Below, piece after piece: positions 58,861 to 64,000 of a stretch of DNA of 64,000 nt. The stretch comes from Candidatus Buchananbacteria bacterium (lineage in GTDB: Bacteria > Patescibacteriota > Patescibacteriia > CAIXNZ01): assembly GCA_014729025.1 (NCBI GenBank), contig WJKP01000011.1, positions 6,500 to 70,499 on the forward strand, written 5' to 3'. The notes beneath the pieces are model-generated. The model had not been told where the DNA came from. It was given only the letters and a program-made list of their open reading frames with translations, and did no database searches. The stretch's first letter is position 1. Every line of letters starts with the position of its first letter. The translations under genes and the position numbers were made by a program.

Positions 58861-60327
58861 ATGATTTCAAAATCTCAATTTTTAAAATACATTCAATGTT
58901 ATAAATATCTTTGGTTATATAAATTCAGACGTGAATTATTACCTGAAGAAGTTGACGCCTCATTGCAGCGTATTTTTGATGAAGGTTATGAAATTGAAGA
59001 TTATGCTAAAAAGTTATTTCCTAAGGGAGTTGAAGTCGAAGGCTTATATGATAAAGCAGAAAAACACACTAAAAAATTAATCAAAGAAGGTAATAAATTA
59101 TTATTCCAAGCTACTGCCATGGCTAATAAATTATATTGTATGGCAGATATTTTTTCTTATAATCCCAAAACAAAAAAATGGGATATTTACGAAGTTAAAA
59201 GTTCAACTAAATTAAAAGATATTCATATTATTGATTTGGCTTTTCAGAAAACATGTTTTGAAGGAGCCGGTTATGAAATTGGTAAACTGCATTTAGTCCA
59301 TGTTAATAATCAATATGTACGTAAAGGTAAGATTGACCCTAAGAAATTGTTAAAAATAGAAGATTTAACTAGTGAAGTAAAAAATGTTATTAGTGGTGTC
59401 CATCTTGATATTGAAAATGCTTTAGAATTGATTACTAAAAAAGATGAACCTCAAGTTAAAATTTTAAAACAATGCAAAAACCCTTTTGGATGTAATTTTA
59501 TTGGTTATTGTTGGAAAGATATCCCTGAACATTCAATTTATAATATCGCCGGTAGCTTAACTGAGAAAAAATTAAATGAATTATTAGATCAAGGGATTAT
59601 CATGATAAAAGATATTCCTGATGATTATTTAACCAAACATAAATCAATTTTGCATCATAATGTTATAAAGCAGAATAAGATTCATATAGAAAAAGAAAAC
59701 ATTAAGTCTGAATTGAGTAAATTAAAATACCCATTATATTTTCTTGATTATGAAACATTCAGTCCAGCTATTCCTATGTTTGACGGTTATAAACCTTATC
59801 AAAGAATTGTTTTTCAGTTTTCTTTACATGTTCAAGAATCTAAAGGAGCTAAATTAAAACATTATGAGTTTTTAGCTAAAGACAAAAAAGACCCGACTAA
59901 TGATTTGTTGAAAGCCTTAAAAAGCTTTGTTAAAGGTATCGGTACATTTATTGCTTGGAATGATGTTTTTGAAAAAGGTTGTAATAGAGAAATGGCCAGA
60001 CGTGCACCCAAATATTCCGATTTTTTACAGGAAATTAATAATTCAATGTATGACCTGATGATGATATTTCGTAATGGTTATTATGTACACAAAAATTTTC
60101 ATGGCAGTGCTTCAATTAAAAAAGTTTTACCGGTAATAGTACCTAAATTATCTTATAAAGATTTAGAAATACAAGAAGGCGGTACTGCTTCTCAAAGCTG
60201 GTTAACTTTGATTGATGAATCAGTTAAAAAATCTGAACGTAATAAGTTAGCCACGGATATGCTTAAGTACTGTGAGCTGGATACTTTTGCTATGGTTGAG
60301 ATATTGAGGAAGTTGAAAGAAATATGA
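58861..60327 (+). CDS. DUF2779 domain protein (N-terminal RecB/Cas4-like nuclease, C-terminal RNase H-like)
   Basis: ISKSQF...C, AD...EVKSST, C..P..C...C, FLDYET...YQRIVFQFSLH, SIKKVLP, YCELDT. Confidence 0.85.
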   Translation: MISKSQFLKYIQCYKYLWLYKFRRELLPEEVDASLQRIFDEGYEIEDYAKKLFPKGVEVEGLYDKAEKHTKKLIKEGNKLLFQATAMANKLYCMADIFSYNPKTKKWDIYEVKSSTKLKDIHIIDLAFQKTCFEGAGYEIGKLHLVHVNNQYVRKGKIDPKKLLKIEDLTSEVKNVISGVHLDIENALELITKKDEPQVKILKQCKNPFGCNFIGYCWKDIPEHSIYNIAGSLTEKKLNELLDQGIIMIKDIPDDYLTKHKSILHHNVIKQNKIHIEKENIKSELSKLKYPLYFLDYETFSPAIPMFDGYKPYQRIVFQFSLHVQESKGAKLKHYEFLAKDKKDPTNDLLKALKSFVKGIGTFIAWNDVFEKGCNREMARRAPKYSDFLQEINNSMYDLMMIFRNGYYVHKNFHGSASIKKVLPVIVPKLSYKDLEIQEGGTASQSWLTLIDESVKKSERNKLATDMLKYCELDTFAMVEILRKLKEI

Positions 60328-60352
60328 AATATTATTCATAGCTCATAAAATT

Positions 60353-60375
60353 ACTGGCTGGATGCCAGTTTTTTT
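60353..60375 (+). terminator. Intrinsic terminator
   Basis: ACTGGC-TGGAT-GCCAGT followed by TTTTTT. Confidence 0.65.
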
Positions 60376-60436
60376 ATCTTGATTAAACAGCCTGAAAGTG
60401 GTAAGTTTTAACTATAAATATCTAAATTAGACACTT

Positions 60437-62536
60437 ATGTGGGTTAAAGAAAAACTAGAGAATCTAAATTATTTATTAAAGAATAGATTTGTTATTTTTA
60501 TTCTCTTTTTTATGTTGTTTATTTTAACTTCATTTTTATCATCAGGATCATTTCTGCCAAGTACGGAAACAAAAGATCTTTGGTTTTATTCTGGATTGTT
60601 TATGCTTTGTTTTTCAATTCTTTTTATTGAGCCATACTATACTTCACCTAAGAATGTAATTACTAATGTAGTTCCTCTAATATTAGTTTTTTTATCGATA
60701 AAAGATGTTTTTGTAAATATTATTTTTTGGTGGTTTGCTGTAATTATTTTTTTATTTCTCTTAATGATTTCTATTATAGCCATTGCTATAGAGGATAAGA
60801 ACAAAAGCCCTGAACACATTACAAATAAAATAGCTGATTTTTTGAAAAACATAGCGATTTTGATTGGTACAGGAAAGGTTCTTTATTCAGCAGTATTTAT
60901 TTATTTCCTTTTAACTTATTATTCAATCCAAAATTTTTATACTATATTATTATTCATCTTTTGGTTTTTTATAATAATAATAGACACTAAAAAAATACAT
61001 AACAAATTTTTAATAAGAGAAATAAAGGTTAATAACAACCAAATCGGGGAAATTTTTGGAGTTCAATCAAAAAAAATTTTTTTAGTTAAATTATTTGAAG
61101 ATAAAAAGAATGTAACCAAATTTGATATTGTTAAATTTAAATATTCGATGCAAGATACTAAAGACTTAGTAATTACTGGTATAATTTTTGACACCTATTT
61201 ATTAAATCAGGAAAAGTGGGCAAAAATATTACAGCTAAAAAATCCTCGAAAAGAGGATTTGAAGTTTAAAATGGATGAGAACTTCGTATATAAAGTATCC
61301 GATGAAGAAGAAATACAAAAAATTAGTTCTGAGATACGTGTTAAGGATTTTATTGGGGTAGTTATCGAAGGATCTAATATTGGCAAAATTAAATTCGAGT
61401 ATTCCAAAATGAAAGAAGATTTACAAATGGATGATTTAATTGAATTGGAGATTGGCAGTAAAAAATTGTATTATCAGGTGATTACTGGCACCACGCAAAA
61501 AGAAAAACTTGAAGCAAGGAATGAAATGGGATATATAGAAGGTGAGGCAATTCAATTGGGTGAATGGAGTGAAGAATTGTTATCTTTCCAAAAATTTGGA
61601 TGGGTTCCTTCTATTAACACCCCCATTTTTAAAGCAAACACAAATGAATTAACTACTAATGATTTTGCATATCCTCTTTATAAATTAGGTGTTATCCCAG
61701 GGACTTCGTTACCTTCAGTTATAAATTTAAGTGAAGCCGTTAGTCACCATATGGCATTACTTGGAGTTACAGGTGCTGGCAAATCATTTATTGCAAGAGA
61801 AATTATAAAACAACTAAAAAATGATACAAAAATTATCTGCATAGATTTAACGGGAGAATGGAAAGTTGAATTATCGGAACTTTCCCCAAAACAACTTATA
61901 GATTCTTCTGGGTTAGGTGAGGTAGAAGAAATAATTGCCAAAAAAGAAACAGCCACAAAAAATAAAAATTCAGAAGAAGTATTAAAATATAAAAAACAAA
62001 TTCAGGAAAAACTCAATATATATATTAAGGCTTTTGCTGATTCTGAGGACAATTTATCTATATTTGAATTGCCTGATTTATCAAATACTTCTTTTATTTT
62101 AGAATTTACTCAAATGTTTTTAGATAGTTTATTTCTTTATGCTAAATCAAATCAAGGAAATAAATTTTGTATTGTTTTAGAAGAAGCTCATACAATTATA
62201 CCTGAAACATCATTTCTTGGCGATTTAGGAGATTATTCAGCTAATAAAGGATTAGTAAGTAAAATGGGACAAATTGCATTGCAGGGTCGTAAATATGGCG
62301 TTGGATTTTTAGTTATAGCTCAAAGAACCGCCAATGTTTCAAAAACAGTATTAACACAATGTAATACCGTTGTGTGCTTTCAAGCATTTGATGAGACCAG
62401 TTTTTCTTTTTTGCAAAATTATGTGGGTAAAGATATGGTTCATGCTTTGCCAAATTTAAAGCAATACCATGCAATAGTTGCTGGAAAATCAATAAAATCT
62501 AATATGCCCATGATAGTTGACTTATCAAGAAATTAA
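60437..62536 (+). CDS. HerA/DUF87-like ATPase with N-terminal multi-pass membrane domain
   Basis: ~6 TM helices (aa 15-185); HMALLGVTGAGKS, IVLEEAH, QGRKYG, AQR. Confidence 0.85.
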   Translation: MWVKEKLENLNYLLKNRFVIFILFFMLFILTSFLSSGSFLPSTETKDLWFYSGLFMLCFSILFIEPYYTSPKNVITNVVPLILVFLSIKDVFVNIIFWWFAVIIFLFLLMISIIAIAIEDKNKSPEHITNKIADFLKNIAILIGTGKVLYSAVFIYFLLTYYSIQNFYTILLFIFWFFIIIIDTKKIHNKFLIREIKVNNNQIGEIFGVQSKKIFLVKLFEDKKNVTKFDIVKFKYSMQDTKDLVITGIIFDTYLLNQEKWAKILQLKNPRKEDLKFKMDENFVYKVSDEEEIQKISSEIRVKDFIGVVIEGSNIGKIKFEYSKMKEDLQMDDLIELEIGSKKLYYQVITGTTQKEKLEARNEMGYIEGEAIQLGEWSEELLSFQKFGWVPSINTPIFKANTNELTTNDFAYPLYKLGVIPGTSLPSVINLSEAVSHHMALLGVTGAGKSFIAREIIKQLKNDTKIICIDLTGEWKVELSELSPKQLIDSSGLGEVEEIIAKKETATKNKNSEEVLKYKKQIQEKLNIYIKAFADSEDNLSIFELPDLSNTSFILEFTQMFLDSLFLYAKSNQGNKFCIVLEEAHTIIPETSFLGDLGDYSANKGLVSKMGQIALQGRKYGVGFLVIAQRTANVSKTVLTQCNTVVCFQAFDETSFSFLQNYVGKDMVHALPNLKQYHAIVAGKSIKSNMPMIVDLSRN

Positions 62537-62553
62537 AAATATTAAAATTATTT

Positions 62554-63939
62554 ATGAAGCAAAGGGACGCCTTAAATATTTTAAAATTAGGATACAACGT
62601 TTTTTTAACAGGTGCCGCAGGTAGCGGTAAAACTTTTTTATTAAACAAATATATTAAATATTTAAGAAAAAATGATATAGCTGTTGCTATAACAGCGTCA
62701 ACTGGTATTGCTGCAACTCACATGAATGGGAGGACTATTCATTCATGGTGTGGAATGGGTATAAATTTAAAAATGAATAAATCCCAAATTAATGAGATTG
62801 TAAATAAAGATTATATTTATGATAATATCCTGAATACAAAAGTATTGATTATCGATGAAGTATCTATGCTTCATTCTTCTCAATTGGATTTAGTAGATAA
62901 AATTTGCAAAACAATTAAAAATAATGACGAACCTTTTGGTGGAATACAAGTTATATTATGCGGTGATTTTTTTCAATTACCTCCAGTTTCGAAAGAAAGT
63001 GATACAAGTGAATATGCATTTGAATCGGATATTTGGAATAATATGGATTTAAAAGTTTGTTATCTAACAGAACAATATCGTCAAAATGATAAAGATTTCT
63101 TAGGAATTTTAAAAAAAATAAGAGAAAACTCTGTGGATCAGGATGTGAAAAATAAGTTAATAAAAAGAATTAACGCCAAGGCAAAAAGTAAATTACATAT
63201 TACAAAATTATATTCTCATAATATCGACGTTGATAGGATAAATCACAACGAACTTAAAAAGATAAAAGGTAAAGAAATTGTTTATGAGATGCACTCCGAA
63301 GGGATTAGGACAATGGTTGATTCTTTAAAAAAATCCTGTCTAGCACCTGAAAGATTAACTATCAAAAAAGGAGCTATTATAATGTTTGTTAAAAATAATT
63401 TTAGAGAAGGATATGTTAATGGCACTCTTGGAGAAATTATTGATTTTGATGAGGATACTAATTACCCAATAGTAAAAACTATTTCAGATGATATTATTCA
63501 TGTTGTACCTGCAACTTGGTGCGTAGAGGAAAATAATAAAATTCTAGCTGAGATAACGCAACTACCTATACGTCTTGCTTGGGCGATTACAATACATAAA
63601 AGCCAAGGTATTAGTCTCGATTTTGCTGAAATTGATTTAAGTAAATCATTTTTATGTGGAATGGGATATGTCGCTTTATCAAGAGTTAAATCATTATCAG
63701 GTTTATTATTAAAAGGAATTAATGATATGGCTTTGAAAGTTGATGATGATTTATTACAAGTAGATAAGGATTTAATAAAAAGATCAATTTTAGATCTTAA
63801 AGCTTTCAAAGCATTATCTAAAAAAACATTAAAACAAAAACAAAATAAATTCATCGAAGATAATGCTGAACCAGAAGAAGAAATTGAAGTCGATGACGAT
63901 GATAATTATGAGGTTAGATTAGAAGATATACCATTTTAA
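62554..63939 (+). CDS. PIF1-family helicase
   Basis: NVFLTGAAGSGKT, IIDEVSM, GDFFQLPPV, AWAITIHKSQG, YVALSR. Confidence 0.93.
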   Translation: MKQRDALNILKLGYNVFLTGAAGSGKTFLLNKYIKYLRKNDIAVAITASTGIAATHMNGRTIHSWCGMGINLKMNKSQINEIVNKDYIYDNILNTKVLIIDEVSMLHSSQLDLVDKICKTIKNNDEPFGGIQVILCGDFFQLPPVSKESDTSEYAFESDIWNNMDLKVCYLTEQYRQNDKDFLGILKKIRENSVDQDVKNKLIKRINAKAKSKLHITKLYSHNIDVDRINHNELKKIKGKEIVYEMHSEGIRTMVDSLKKSCLAPERLTIKKGAIIMFVKNNFREGYVNGTLGEIIDFDEDTNYPIVKTISDDIIHVVPATWCVEENNKILAEITQLPIRLAWAITIHKSQGISLDFAEIDLSKSFLCGMGYVALSRVKSLSGLLLKGINDMALKVDDDLLQVDKDLIKRSILDLKAFKALSKKTLKQKQNKFIEDNAEPEEEIEVDDDDNYEVRLEDIPF

Positions 63940-64000
63940 ATCGTATGTTCACACATCTCCAACCTAAACAATATTACATTGACCGCTATGACCGTCTTAC

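Larger units (their letters stand above)
45936..64000. mobile_element. Probable tRNA-Gln-anchored genomic (defence) island; right end not visible
   Basis: Abrupt switch after the tRNA to R-M, HNH, recombinase, terminase, methylase, GmrSD and HerA genes; no attR seen in the window. Confidence 0.55.

Overview
AT-rich bacterial chromosome segment (genetic code 11). The gene content and the mostly SD-less, AT-rich gene starts suggest a Patescibacteria/CPR (Parcubacteria-like) genome; this is an inference. Left to right: murF-like Mur ligase, tRNA-Glu(CTC), an AbrB-regulated MacAB-type ABC exporter operon, and a CIRCE-controlled hrcA-grpE-hsp20-dnaK-...-dnaJ heat-shock locus interrupted by an antisense orphan cassette, ispG and hypothetical genes. 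The centrepiece is a ~19-22 kb His-Xaa-Ser RiPP-type biosynthetic cluster (~18.2-37.4 kb, possibly starting at 15.3 kb). It contains hxsD, an hxsD-like gene, hxsB, a 150-aa precursor ending in HCS(HGS)9Y with a pilin/Tat-like leader, nine radical SAM genes in total, a U32 pair, two APH-type kinase domains, a GT9 glycosyltransferase and an A24 prepilin-type peptidase. Next come cysS, a methyltransferase, a VirD4/TraG-like ATPase and dnaX. A rearranged tRNA-Gln locus follows, with tRNA fragments interrupted by small palindromic insertions around a frameshifted GIY-YIG gene. Downstream of the tRNA is a defence/mobile island: type IIG R-M, HNH, a capsid-less recombinase-terminase-methylase module, two divergent highly structured leader RNAs, GmrSD-like, PD-(D/E)XK, DUF2779, membrane-anchored HerA and a PIF1 helicase. 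All assignments come from reading motifs by eye; no database searches were run.
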